Positions 35,431-49,410 of a DNA stretch of 64,000 bases are shown piece after piece (the stretch's first letter is position 1; every line of letters begins with the position of its first letter). Position numbers and translations under genes: made by a program. The DNA is taken from NCBI RefSeq assembly GCF_009914755.1, contig NC_060939.1. One strand, written 5' to 3'. Origin of the DNA: the human T2T-CHM13v2.0 reference genome, Homo sapiens. The notes under the pieces were generated by a model that was given only the letters and a program-made list of their open reading frames with translations, searched no databases and was not told where the DNA came from.

Positions 35431-38400
35431 CTGTGTCTGAGGAACATAGAGAGGGTGTTTGAGGCCCCACAATGGACAAGGCTGCCTGGGAAGACAGAGA
35501 GAAGAGGTGTTTGGACATGTGTGACACCTAGCTCAGACTCTCTGTGACCACACCTCCCTCCCCACTGTCACTAATAAAATAAGAATAAAAGTTGTAACCA
35601 CAGTTTGCTGAGAGGATGAAATGAGCCATGTCAGGTGTCATCCCGGTTGCATCCCATTGGACTCTCCCAGGTGCGCATGCAGTGGGGCTGCAGTTGGTCC
35701 CTGGAGGGAAGCAGAGCTGGAGCAGCCCCACTGGCCAGTGTCGATACTGCCCAGTGTCGATACTGCCCTTGGGATCTGCTCAAAGCCAAGGGTCTGTGGC
35801 CTGGGAGGTTTTGGAAAGGAGTGCTCCACATGGCAGATGGAACCCCAGGGAGACCCCCAGAGCTCACCCCCGAGACAGGAGAGCTGAGGGTTGATGGGGT
35901 GGGTGCAGGAGGAGGGCAGAGAGAGAAGATCGTGGGCTGGACAGGGGGCACAGCCACGACAGCAGGCAGGCTGGGAGTTGGGCCAGGCCACAAGGGGGTC
36001 TCCTATCTCTGCCAGGCCGACCTGGGCTGCAGAAACTAATTAGCACAGAACAATGTCCTAACGTGGCCCTCTGACTCTAGCTCACGCCCACACCATGTGG
36101 TGTAAGGGAGTGTGGGCATGCAAGCATGTGCTAGAGGCGGGGTGCAGGGCTTCCTCCCTTCCCCGATTCTCCTCTCCCCTTGAGAGACCTGGGGGCAGGT
36201 GAAGGACCCGGAGCTGGGAAGTAGGAGGCTCTTGTTTGCCAGAGTCCCCAACTCTGCCCCATCCCAGCCTCCCTGTCTGAGGATTCGAGGGCCCGCCAAG
36301 CTCCACTGCACTCCCTGCTTGTCTACCTGTGTGCGTTGAAGGACATTTTGTTCATGTGCATGTACTTTCCATGTTCCTGTGTACTTGGGCACATATGGAA
36401 ACACACACAGACATCCACGATGTGTTTGTGCATGTTTGTTCAGGCTTGCAAATGTGTGTGCACATACAGGTGTGAGACCATGAGGGAAGGGGTTGGATCT
36501 GCAGCTGAAGTGATGAGTAGCAGCCTTCGAAGCCCCAGCTCAGCCCCCTCCCTTAAGGAACTCCCACCCATCTACTCCCAGTACATGCCCCTCTGTCCCC
36601 ATGCTCCTGCAGCTGGAATTGAAACCACTGTGCTGGGGCTGACCACGGGCACTCTCTGCAGGCCTCAGGCTGACCACCAGCTGCTCTGGAAGAGGTAGAA
36701 GTTCTCCCTTGTCTCTGTCAGGCTAGGCCCTAGGAAGCCTGCTGTGCACAGCAGTGATTAGGAAGCTGAGTTATGCTGGGGCAGAGGCCCGAGGGTCCCC
36801 AGACCTGCTGGTGAGAAGCTGCTGATGCTTTGGGACAAGTCCCCATGCTGGCCTGAGGCTGCTGAGGAAGCTGTGTTCTTCAATAACACCTAGCAAGGCC
36901 CTGAGGACCTGGGACGGAGTCTGGCTCTAGTCTCCTTGTCTCTTGGCGAAGCTCTGGGGAGGACAGGCTGCTGGCTAAGCGACCTCCTCATCACCAAGGA
37001 CATCTGGATAAAGGAGGGCTTGCCATGCATTGGAGAAAGAAGTTTGGTTTAAACATCATAAACTGATCTAGGTTCCAGGACCAGCCTTGCCACTGACACG
37101 CCCTTTGGTGCTAGATAACTCCCTCGGGACTGGGTGACTCCCGAGGGCCTGTCTGGCTCAAATGCTTTGTTACTATGATCGAGGCTGAGGCAAGCAACCC
37201 TGGGCCATGAAGACCAACCCAGCAGCATGGGTTGGGGGCATGGGCAGGATTTCTGAGGGCACAGTGGGGGTAAAGAGTCGTAGGCCCCTACCTGTTATGA
37301 ATGTACTTGTACGACCCTGTCATTGCTCGGCATCTGCAGTATGGAGAGGCTCTCCCTAAAACACTCAGGATTGTTTAACAACAATGCGCTCCTCTGAGCT
37401 CTGCGCCTTCCAGAGCTCACAGGCCTGCAGGGAGAGAGGCACACAAACAATCACAAGCCAAAGCTGTGATGGAAGTTGGCACGGACAACTGGATCTCCCC
37501 TGCCCCCAGCTGGTTGCCCCCAGGCCAGGCCTGGTTTTATACCCTCCTCAGTTCCCTTTGGCACCCAGACAGGACTAGGGAGACAGTGGCCCCAGAAGCA
37601 GTTTAAAATTTTTTTATTATTTTGAAAAGGGATTACATTCACATGTTTCAAAATCCAAACAAGATAACACAGCATAGAGAAAGAAGCCTTTCCGCCTTCC
37701 TACTCTGTAACCCTGCTTTTCGTTTCCTGTGTGTCCTTTCAGAGCTCCTTTTGCTTTCAAAAGCAAATACAAATACGGGCAGCTTCTGAATGGATGGCCA
37801 AGTGACTCTGGAGCTTCCGCGCTGTGTGAGGGCTGGGCTTTCTGTCCCTGTTCACCCTCGAACCCAGGCTTCAGCCACCGCACGGTGAGTATCCATTGGA
37901 CACTTTCAAATATTTATGAAACACCGATGGATTTTCTCAGTCCGGAGCTGTAGCTTCCATGGAATTTGGCTTTATTAGCCAGAAAGTCAATATTTTCCCT
38001 GGGCCACCGCAGAGATGCACATACTTCTATCTTGCCTCCGGCCCCGTGGACCCGGCTGCTCTGCCTGGTCAGCTTCCTGCTGGTGGATCACGACCTTTCT
38101 GCTACTGGGAGCTGGCAGGGAAGGACTCAGACAAGCCAAAGCTCAGGGCTGGAGCAGGAGCTTGGGGTGAGGCAGAAGTTTTGTGCAGACTCACTGGGGG
38201 TATTGGACAAACCCGTTTCCCTCCCTGAGCCTCTGTTACTCCACCTGAAAACGAAAGGTCTGGCCGATCGCTGAGTTCTGTTGCCGCTTGTTGCGCAAGG
38301 GGAGTCTCCCGGGCTTCCCAGACTGGGGCCTCCTAAGTGCGGGGCTGGGTCTTCTTTTGCTCCTTTCTCACCCCCAACCTCCCACACATAGGGCAGTTTG

Positions 38401-39064
38401 GCTTCGGGCTTTTTCTTCCTCATAGTACAGCAGATTTATGGCTTTGCTATTCTGGGAAGCAGCCGTTTTTCCGTGGGATCTAAGGGGGCCACGGCCGGAG
38501 AGCCAGGACCCCCAGGCCTCATCCCAGGTTGTCCCTGGCTCGTGGCTTCTTGCTAGGGCCTGAGGGAGCAGCTGTTACAAAGCTGATGGGATTGGAGTCT
38601 GATCAGGGGAGAGGGATGGCCATAGAGCATGGCTGATGGAAGGTTGTGAAAACAGAGCTGACGTTTCCATAACCCTGAGGTCAGAACAAGGGCAGCAGTG
38701 AGAACTAATGAGCTTGGCTGTGATGGTGCGGGGAGGGGAGCTGGGGGAGGGAGGCAGCCAAGAGCAGCCAGGCAGGGGGTCCACCTGGCACCAGGGGAGC
38801 TGTGGTGGGGCCTCCAGACCCCTGTGCAGCCTTTTGAAATGTGTGTGTGTGCATTCAATTTTATGATCTTAGGATCTTAAAAATATTTACACATATATTC
38901 AGGTAATCCACGAATAAATTTTCACCACAAAAACTCAAACAACCAGCACATTACACAGGAGGCTCCCTGTCCTTGTGGAGCACCCTCCACCACTTCCTAT
39001 CATTAGCAGTTTGACACACACCTGGCAGACTTTCCCCACAGATCATATTAATATACAGAATACT

Positions 39065-39341
39065 GGCCGGGTGTCGGGGCTCAGGTCTGGAATCCCGGCA
39101 CTTTGGAAGGCCAAGGTGGGCGGATCACTTGAGGTCAGGAGTTTGAGACATGGCGAAACCCCATCTCTACTAAAAATACAAAAATTAGCCAGGCGTGGTG
39201 GCGCCCACCTGTAATCCCAAGCTACTCAGGAGGCTGAGGGAGGAGGATCGCTTGAACCCAGGAGCCAGGATCGCACCACTGCACTCTAGCCTGGGTGACA
39301 GAGCAAGACTGTCTCAAAAACAAACAAACAAACAAACAAAA
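39065..39341 (+). mobile_element. AluS with two internal deletions and an (AAAC)n tail
   Basis: ggccgggtg...gatcacttgaggtcaggag; TSD-like tacagaatac/tacaaaatac. Confidence 0.93.
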
Positions 39342-39474
39342 CCATACAAAATACCTACATGTGCACAGATATGGTGTTTTTTAAATAACATAAATAGGGT
39401 CCTACTGATATATCTTGCTCTGGAATTTGCTTGTTCCCCATATGTTTAGGAAAATTGTCCTATGTTAAATATAG

Positions 39475-39805
<331 letters not shown>

Positions 39806-40349
39806 GCTTCAAAGTATTTTTGTGCAAATTTTTTTGGGCCTTCGTTCTTTTAACAATTTTCCTATTAATGGACATTTGAGTTGTTTCTGGTTTTTGCTCT
39901 GACAAACGGTGGTGCTGGGAACATCCTTGATGATCCTGTCTTCTTGGCCCAGCTCAGACGTTCCCTCAGCCCCCAGGTGCACAGGGCCCACCTGGACAAA
40001 GGACAGCATCTGATCCACACACTACCCGAGTAGGAAGGGGCTGAGGCCTGCCCCCCGCCCCCTAGGGGAGGAGCAGAATGCTGAGCCCAAGAGCTGACGC
40101 ATGCGTGGTGGCATTTGGGGCTGTGAGATGCCAGTGGTGGGCTCATCTTGTTACCCCTCACATCATGCCATGCCTCTAACTGCCCACTGTCTCCGGTTCT
40201 TGCCCAGGGCAGCCTCAGAGGAGGAATTTTGAGGATCCGAGGGTGGATATGGCACCACTGGCTGCAAACCACATTGGTCTGAGGGGAGCTTGGGGCTTGC
40301 CTGGGACGTCCACGATGGGCACCCTCCGAGGTCACACAGCCAGGGTAAA

Positions 40350-40520
40350 GAGCAGGCAGTTCACCTTCTCTGAGTGCTTGCTTGGTGTTGGGCACTGTGC
40401 TGGGGCATTTGGATATGATTTTACTTCAAGCCTGGGTAGTAGCAATGATTCCATTTATCGGCACTGGTAATGCGGCCCAGAGAGGTGAGGTGACTTGCCC
40501 CAGGCTACACAGCTGCTTTG
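40350..40520 (-). mobile_element. MIR SINE
   Basis: tgagtgcttgc...ggcactgtgctggg...cccagagaggtgaggtgacttgcccaggctacacagc. Confidence 0.7.
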
Positions 40521-42653
40521 CCTGACTGCACAGCCCAAGTCTTCCCATCTTCCTTGGCTGCCTCCCTTTGGCCTTTGGCCCCCCACTGAAGCCAGGTTTA
40601 GAGCCGCACAGGCCTCTTGCCACCCTGGCGGCTGTCGGGGGAAGCGGTTAGCGGTGATGGACCGTCTAGGACCCTTGGGCCGCCCGGGCTTCTGCCATCG
40701 TGGTGTCACTTGGCATAGCAAGAAGCATCCCCCAGGATCTCGACTGGCGTTGGAGTGGTGTGGGGCCCAGGTAGAGTTGGGCCAGCAGGTCCAAGTCCGG
40801 CTTTGGGGTCAAAGGGCAAGGAGAATGGCCAGAGACCCTGTTGGTGGGGCGTGAAAAGTCAAGGCCGTTCCTTGACTCTCCGTGTTAGGGTCTAGGGCTT
40901 TCTTCATATTTTCCAAAGTATCTGGGACCATAAAAGAGGTTCTAACTCTGTGGACTAAGGCATATTCTCTGGTGCAGGGAGAAGATGGTTCAGACCACAC
41001 CTCTACCCTCACTCAGCACACACAGCTGTACCGTCAGGGGCTGCAAACCAACATCTCTCAGGGCCTTCCTGGAAGCTGCGGCTGGACTCCCCTTGTACTC
41101 CAGGGGAGCATCCCTGGAGGCCCAGGTCGGGGCTCCTGGAGGGTCCCTGGGTTCTGGGGGACAGAAGAACAGGTGAGCTGGAAGCTGTTTTGGGGAGCAG
41201 GAGGTATGAGGGCAGTTGGAGGGTGGCACAAGGCTAAGTCTCTTGTTTCTCTCTCTCTCTCTCTCGTTTCCACCAATGGCACTTGGCAGGGAGGAAGAAT
41301 CCAGATGTGGCTCACTGGGCTCTGTGGATCTGGCACTGGAACAGCTGTCCAGGCTTTGGGGCCCCCGACACCCCTGCTGCTCTCCCTCCGGCCCCAGATC
41401 TGCTTGGGCCCCCAGTGGGCAACCGCTCAGTGCTGGCCCACCACAGGGAAATATTCCGGTGGAGGTAAGCTCTGTCCTGTTCTCAGAGAGCCCTGACCAG
41501 GCCTGGTAGATAAATTCCAGGCCAAGCCATAGGATTTGGACACTGGGGCTACAGGAATTCAAGAAAGAAGAATAAAGAAGCAGCCTTGAGTATTAGTCAG
41601 TGAATGTGGCCTGACATTGGCAGATGGCTTTAGCACAGCCTTCCTGGAGGAAAAGGAGGAGGGAGACTGCACTGAACGGGTTTCTGAAACTTGTGCCCTG
41701 ACGCCAAGCATACCACCACATCACTTATAGGATGTGCAAGTATAAACAAGGGATTTTGCCGCTCTGCTCCACAGTCTCCTTGTCTATGAAATGGGAGTAA
41801 TAATAGATTCGAACCCAGAGGGATGTTGGGAGGATTCCAAACGTTTATAGTGGCGCCTGGTGCAAAGCAATTGCTCAACCAAGATGAGCCACTGGGTTGC
41901 TGTTTCCATCACTGTGATTAGAGGATGGGATGAATAGGAAATGGTGGAGAAGGGAAGGGCAGGCGGCCCAGGTGGCTGCCGAGGTGGGACTAACAGCACC
42001 AAGGCTGGAGGAATCTCCTCCACCCTCTCCCAGCACAAGGAGGGAAGCACAGGCTTTGAAGTTGCTGAATTATCTAGGGTCCTGCCCCAGCACCCATACT
42101 CTGGGGACCAAACTTTGCCTGCTTTTAGCCCCAAGTTCTCTAATGACTGATGCCATCGGTTCTAGGTACGGTGAATGGATTGGGAAAGATGTCTGGGGCC
42201 CAAGGCGGAGTAGGAAGTAAGTGCATGTTTGCCTATTGTGATCATGCAGAAGACCACCTCTTCAAGGAGGTGACGGGTGGGTGCACCAGGCTGAGTCGGT
42301 CCACAGAGCCTCAAGAGGCAGGACAGGTCCTTTCCAGCTTTGGGCCTCTCTTTTCCTCATCTGTGCAATGGGAAGGTGTGGCTGGACCAGGTGACCAGAA
42401 AGGCCCAGCTGTGAGTGGCTGTCCCTGGGCTGGCAGTCCAGGGCAGGAGCCAGAAGTGGAGGATGGGGGGGTGGGCCTGCCTTTGAAGAGGCCCCCCCAG
42501 AGTGGAAGGGTGGGCAGAAGGCTGGGATAGGGCAGAACCTGTCCCTCCCTTCTTGCTGCCTGGCAGGTGACAGCTCCTCCACTCCCTGAACAAGGCAAGG
42601 CTGACTGACGAGAAGGCTGCAGAGCCAGGCTGTCAGCAAGTGCCCCCTGCCAC

Positions 42654-42752
42654 CTTTGCATGACTAATTTGCATAATATTTGCACAAATCTGCATAATTT
42701 AGGAACCAGCCAGTGCTCATCTCGGGTCGTACAACTGGCTGTGATTTTATGA
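42654..42752. promoter_or_regulatory. Cluster of four octamer (POU)-like sites
   Basis: CTTTGCAT 42654, ATTTGCAT 42667, ATTTGCAC 42678, ATCTGCAT 42688; TGATTTTATGA nearby. Confidence 0.5.
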
Positions 42753-43279
42753 GCTTTGAAGTGGCCCTTTCTTCTCCTGCCCACAGCCCCTCCTACCTTC
42801 CTTTGCTCTGAGTCTGGCCTGTCATCCTGTTGTCTGCCTACCTCTCTGGGGCTGGTGGATGGGCCTCCCAGACTTTCTTGGGTCCCCAGAGAGAGCCCTT
42901 CTGCAGCTGCCGAGTGGAGTTGCCTGTGAACTGTGACACTGGTCTCCATGCAACCCTCCAAGGGGCCATCATGAAGGAGATTTGAGGACCCTGAGAAAGC
43001 TCTACATGGTTCATCAGGAGTAGGTGAGGCCAGAGTGACCAAAGCCTCTTTTCTGACAGGGCATGAGGAGGCAGGTGTCTGCGCTCCCATGAGGCTTTGC
43101 ACTTGATGCTGGTGAGGCTGGGATAGTGCCCTGAGGATCAAGGTGCAGGACAGGGCAGAGATTGTGACTGCCTGGTCAAGCAGCTGCCCCCAAGGGAACC
43201 AACTCACAGTTACTGTCAGTCCAGGTGGATGTCCCTATAGCAGTGCCACAGCGCTCTGTCCCTGCCCTTTCAACATTTT

Positions 43280-43830
43280 TATTCTTAGGTTAGTTAAGGT
43301 TTTCTTGGGTACAAGTAGCATGAACTCCAAGTGGTTTAAGCAAAAGAAAAAAAGAGAGAGGATTTACTCTCTAATGTAACTGAGAAATCCAGGGGTATAT
43401 GGGCTTCAGGCACAGCTGGATCTAGAGGCTCAAACACTAGCATGAGGACATTGTCTCTCTCTGTCTTTTCTACCCTGCTTTCCTCAGTGGTGGCTTAAAC
43501 TGGCTCCCTCCCTGCCGTGGCCCCTGGAAATGCTAGTGTTATGTCCTACTGGCTCCAAGTCCAGGAGAATCAGAACATCTTCCCACCAGCTCCAGCTAAA
43601 ATCCAGAATTTAGTGGTATTGATTTAGCTTGGGCCGTGTGCCCAAAGCTGAACCAAGTGTTGTGATCAGAAGCATGTGGCCCTTTCAGTGGTCAAGCCCC
43701 ACGTCACATGCCGACCCTCAGGGGCATGGGAGGAGTCAGTCCCACTACAAGGATTGAGGGAAGGGGGAGGTTCCTTGGGGAATACTAGGGACTCCTCCCA
43801 GAAGACAAGGAAGTGGAGAACTGAGCTGGC
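43280..43830 (-). mobile_element. MLT1K/L-like LTR
   Basis: aagtggtttaagcaaaag...tgtaactgagaaatccagggg...ggcttcaggcacagctggatctagaggctcaaac. Confidence 0.75.
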
Positions 43831-44564
43831 AACCCCAGCTGGCCATGCAGGGCCTTTCTCAGATGAATCTGTGGGTACCAACTCCAAGCACGGGGATCTG
43901 GAGATTCGGAAGGGAGAGGTTTGTGAGGACTGATGAGTTTATGGATGGGGACACATGGTGGGTGCCTGGCGATGGGAACTTTCTTCCTTCTGTGAACAAA
44001 GGCAGGGCTTGGGTGGGATTTGAACCCAGCCCCACAGTTCCTGGGCACTTGGTGGGGCACAGTGCTACGACTCCCAGTGATGCAGAGCCCCGAGCCACCC
44101 ACCTCTAAAAAATGAAGACAATGAGCAGAAGGGAGGGCGGTGGCCACTGGTATAAGGAAGGGGAGGCGCTGGAGTTGAGCTCTGAAGGAAGGTAGGCAGG
44201 GCACCCTGAGTTTCCTTCCAACAAACGCTGAGCGAGCCAGGCCCTTTTTTTAAACAGGGAGACTGAGAGGAAGGGAGTCATTGCAGACACAAGAAACCCC
44301 ACTTTAGCAGAATCCCTCATCAACTGCCCGGCCCTCCATCCCATCCCATCCTATTGGAGGCCAGAACTGGTGAGTCTGCGTTCCTGCCTCCCACCTCCAA
44401 CAAGCTCAGCACTTTCCCTGCTCACTCAGGTCCCTGGCTGCCTAGTCCAGGATTGAGGCTGCAGCTCAGGCCCCGAGTTCCCCGCCCTGCCCACACCCTG
44501 TGCTGCCCGGGTTCATGTGGGGCCCGCAGAGCTGGACTCCTCCTCATTGAGATTCTGCCCCAGG

Positions 44565-44785
44565 GAAGGGCCAACACTTACCAGGCACTCACGATAAGGC
44601 AGGTGCTGGGCTAAGTGCTTTCACTCATTAATTAACAACTCGATGAGAAAGATATGATTATCTTCCTCCCTGCTTTACAAATGAGCAGGCTGAGACCCAG
44701 AGAGCTTGAGCAACCTGCTTAAGGTGGCACAACTAGCAAATGGCAGGGGGGTGTGAACCCAAGACTGCAGACCCTGGGTTCTTTA
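44565..44785 (-). mobile_element. MIR SINE
   Basis: tttacaaatgagcaggctgagacccagagag...aaggtggcacaactagcaaatggcag. Confidence 0.7.
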
Positions 44786-45044
44786 CGTTGCAGCCTGTCC
44801 CCTCCTCTCCCTGTGCCTCAGTCCCACCGTCTGTTCAATGGGCAGAATATCACCTGTGTGCCATGCTGCCAGAGGTATGGGAGAACTGAATAAGATTTTA
44901 GAAGACAGGGCTTCAGCAAAGGTCCTTTAAGCCAGAGCCCTTGTCCTCACTGCCAGGGAGGAGCAGGGGGAGGCTGGAGCGCACAGCCCGCAAAGACTTG
45001 GGCAGACAGAATGTGTGAAGGAACATGGTCAGCTGTGCCTCATG

Positions 45045-45113
45045 CTGGAGGAGGAGGAGGAGGGGGAAGAGGGGGGACAAAGGGGAGGAGAAGGAGGAGG
45101 AGGGGGAGGAGGA
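45045..45113. repeat. (GGA)n-rich purine tract
   Basis: Direct inspection. Confidence 0.85.
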
Positions 45114-46954
45114 CAGGCCTGTAGGGGTTGAGACTGAGACCTTTGCTGGAGGCCTTTGGTGGAGGTGAGCGGAAGGCAGCTGTCCAGGCTGCACGGAGCA
45201 GGCTCATGGCAACCACGTGTGGAGGATTTCAGCTGGAAGGGGAGAAAGGAAGGAGGGAGGATGGAATAGAGTGAGGAGAGGGCTTTCTGATGCCAGAGGA
45301 AATAAGGCATGCTTGGGTCAGAGCAGGAGCCACCCAGAGAGGGAAAGGGGACACCTCCTCATCTCCCAGTCACACAGCCCTTGCTGGTGGCTCTATGACC
45401 ATTAACCATTGCCTGCTCGCCATGGCCCCTGCAGTATTCATGTTGTACCCATTTTACAGAGGAGAAAATAGAGGCTCAGAGAAGCAAAGCTCCACTGGTT
45501 CTCCCAGCCTGGGGGTGCTTGGTCTGGAGTTCACAGGTTCTGCTCTCTGCCTGCCCACCTGCTCTCTGTGATTAGAGAAGTACAGGTAGAGGTCTTACTT
45601 TTTGTACATTGTCACACTATTCTCCCAGAGCTTGGCCATTGAGCCCTCCTTTGTGGGCTCTTAGGGCAGCAGGAAAGCCCACTTGGGTCATCACAGCCTC
45701 ATATGTGACTGGTGTTCCCATAGCCCCTGCCTTCCCACAGGGGAAGAGTCAAGCTCAGGCTCAGAAACATGCTAGCAGTTATTGCTGTCTCCAAGATGAC
45801 AAAATGCTTCTGAGGGTGGTGCTCTCCCCAGCTCTCAGGATGTGCACGCAGAGGCTGGTGCTGTCTGGGCCTGGGCTAGTGTGGTTGGGATCGCTGCCCT
45901 GCATGTAAGGTGTCCTGGCCCGCTCCGATGTCCTTCCCAACTCTTAAGGAATTCCATGCCTAATCATGGAATTTCCAGCAGGCCAGTTGATCAGAATGGG
46001 TGCATGTGTGTGTGTGTAGGTATCCTCTCAGAGCCCCTCCAACCTCACTGTGTGGTGGGCTGCCTCCTCTCTCTATGTGCCTCTCCCTGCCCCAAGTTCT
46101 CCCTGGACATGGTATGGGCAGATCCTCATAGAGACAGCCAATATTCCCTTGTGGGTGACCACAGCAGCTGCCCAGAACAAGAGAGGGAGAGAGAAACCAG
46201 GGCCTGGGCATGGAGCAGTGAGCCGGCCTCCCCCTCTAGGCCATGCAGCTGGAGCCACGTGATGCTCATTTGTGGAAGCCGGCTCCTGCAGCCACTGGGT
46301 GTCCGTAGGAAGCTGCTAATCCCATCTCATGCCTGTTCTCTCCTGGGGGCCAGCTTCCGGAAGATCAGCCTGCCCACTCTCAGGAGACATTTGGGGTGCT
46401 TCCTGGCTTTGCCAACTGATTCCAGGCCCCTGGTGGCTGTGTGAATTTCCTTCCAAGTCCTCGTTTCCACAGATGCCAGCTTGCAGGCCGACTGGTGGTT
46501 ACCCAGCAACACGGCAAATATTTGGGCCAGCCAGGCTGGTCCATGCCCCCATCCTCGATTTAGTGAGACCCTAGAAGCATGCAACCTTGCCAGCTTTGCC
46601 TACTTTGAAAATATCTGGGCACTTAGTAAAAATAACTCCACTCAGCAAAAACCTTTCCACTGACCCCTTACTCCAGGGCTTTCTATCTGAGGACCTGGAT
46701 GGGTAAGTGGGGGACAGGCAGAGATAGAGGGAGGAGGGTGAGAAGGCTGCAGGGGCCAGTGGAACGAGGAAGCAAGAGCTGAGGGGTGAGAAGGCCCAGG
46801 TTTAGACCTGGCTCCCAAACCTCTGACGGGTGGGAATGGCAGACTGCACACACCGCTCAGGCAGGTGTGCCCCAACTCACCCTTGTTTCCCTGGCCCTCA
46901 GATCTGTTCTGCTCCCAGGGCTCTGCCCCACATCTCAGTCCTGGGCCTGCAGCA

Positions 46955-47460
46955 CCCCCACTTTATCCATCCCGCTAGAACCTGGCTCCTCCCTCCCAAC
47001 TCAGGAAACATCTGTGTCCCAGTGGTCTTCACGCCACACCCCTTAACTCTTGCCCCACTCCAGCACTCCATCTCTCTCCTGGGGGCCTTAGTGGTCCTCT
47101 TGGCTCCTCCAATTCAACCTGCACACTGGACCCAGAGCCTGCTCTAAAATGCAAACCTGCTGCCCTCTGAGATCCCGTTTAGAATCCTCTAGGCTTTCCT
47201 GTGTCGCCTGCAAGCCCCCCAGCTGGGTACTTGTGCCCTGCCCATTTCCCCAGTGCCTGCTCCCCCTCCCCTCCAAAATCCCCATCCAGCCATGCTGCCC
47301 AGACCTCTGGGCCCTTGCCAGGGCTGTTCCCTGGTACCACCCCCCACTCCCCACACACCTCCCAACATGAACCTGGCTACTCCCAGCACCTTCTTGGGGA
47401 TGCTCAGATTGGGCCAGCTCTTCCGGCATTCCTGGCCTGACCCCCGTCAGTCCCTCCAAC
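46955..47460 (+). mobile_element. L2 fragment
   Basis: caattcaacctgcacactggacccagag...ctaaaatgcaaacctg...cccttgccagggctgttccct. Confidence 0.6.
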
Positions 47461-48066
47461 ACTGAGCAGTGATTTTACCTTCACTGATCTGTCTCTCACC
47501 GTCCAGGCCCCAGCCCTAGTCCTGGTCCATCCACCACCACTAAGGAGCTCCTCCTGGCAGGGACCAGGTCTGCCAGCCCGCACACTGCCTTTGTGAGAAT
47601 TAGAGACACCCTTCTCCGGGTGGCCACAGCCTCACATTGTGGTGCAAGGCTTGGCAAGTGGAGCATGGGCTAGACTTCAGCCCCTTCCCCCTCGGCTGGG
47701 CACGGTGATCCTGGAATGCACTTATCTTGACTGTCTCTGGGGCTGGCTGGCATAGAGCGGGCACTCGAGGGAGTGGGCTGAGTTAAGGAGGAGTGAGCCC
47801 TGTCCCTCACAGGGGCCTCTCGTCTTGAGCCTTCTGCCCCAGCTGGTCACAGCTCCCATAGCGGGTTTCAGTTTTCTTCTTGATCTTGGGTGCTTTCAGC
47901 TGTGTCTGTGGCAACAGGGCACTCACATGGATGGGGCTTCCAGCCTGGCACCTGGCTAGGTCCAGCTGGCGCTCTGTCTGGCCTCGAGCATGCTCATTTC
48001 CCCAGGGAGTGTACTGATTTCACTCCTGCTCTTGGTGACACTGTACAAACAAAAACCACTGTGGGA

Positions 48067-48210
48067 GGCTGGGCACGGTGGCTCACGCCTGTAATCCCAG
48101 CACTTTGGGAGGCCGAGACGGGAGGATCTCTTGAGTTCAGGCATTCAAGACCAGCCTGGGCAGCACAGTGAGACCGGGTCTCTAAAAAGAAAATTATATT
48201 GAATTTAAAA
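48067..48210 (+). mobile_element. FLAM_C / free left Alu monomer
   Basis: Single monomer ending ...gagaccgggtctctaaaaag; diverged TSD aaaaaccactgtggga/aaaaactacggttgga. Confidence 0.85.
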
Positions 48211-48529
48211 ACTACGGTTGGAACTGACAAGCTGGGGTGTCCCAGATAGGGAGGGCCTGGAAACAAGAGCCAGGAGAGGTGGCTGGAACCTGGGACAGGG
48301 AGGGGCAGATGCCGAGGCAGGGCTGCCATGCAGTCCTGGGGCCTGGGGCCTGCTCAGCCTCACCCCCACCCCAATCCTTCCCTGCATCAGGCTGTGGCTG
48401 CCTCTGGGGATTTTCCTGAGAAGAGGCAAAAACTGGCACGTCCATCCTGTCTCAGGTGGGGAGCAGGTACCAGGCTCACTGGGGCTGGGAAAGGCACAAC
48501 AAGCCCCCACGCAGTCCAGCGTCTGGCGG

Positions 48530-49230
<701 letters not shown>

Positions 49231-49237
49231 TTACAGT

Positions 49238-49410
49238 AGTAATAATAACAATAGCAGCTGTCATGTTTGGGCACCCACCTGTGCCAGGAACTTTGCGTCT
49301 ACTATTTCTTTGAATCCTCTCATGCTTCCTATGGTGAGAACACTCAGGCTCAAGAGGTGAAATGACTTTCCCAAGGTCACCCGGCCAGTGGGGGACTGAG
49401 CCAGGCTAGT
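49238..49410 (-). mobile_element. MIR SINE
   Basis: aataataacaatagc...tgtgccagg...aatcctc...gaggtgaaatgactttcccaaggtcac. Confidence 0.75.

Noticed and set aside
35735-35766. 16-bp tandem duplication CCAGTGTCGATACTGC x2
   Set aside because: Ordinary slippage micro-duplication.
40882-41562. Overlapping ~200-aa ORFs on both strands
   Set aside because: No homology recognised; expected by chance at this GC content.
42311-43207. Longest ORF (298 aa, minus strand)
   Set aside because: No recognisable domain, composition typical of GC-rich non-coding DNA, and it runs through the motif cluster. No splice or promoter support.
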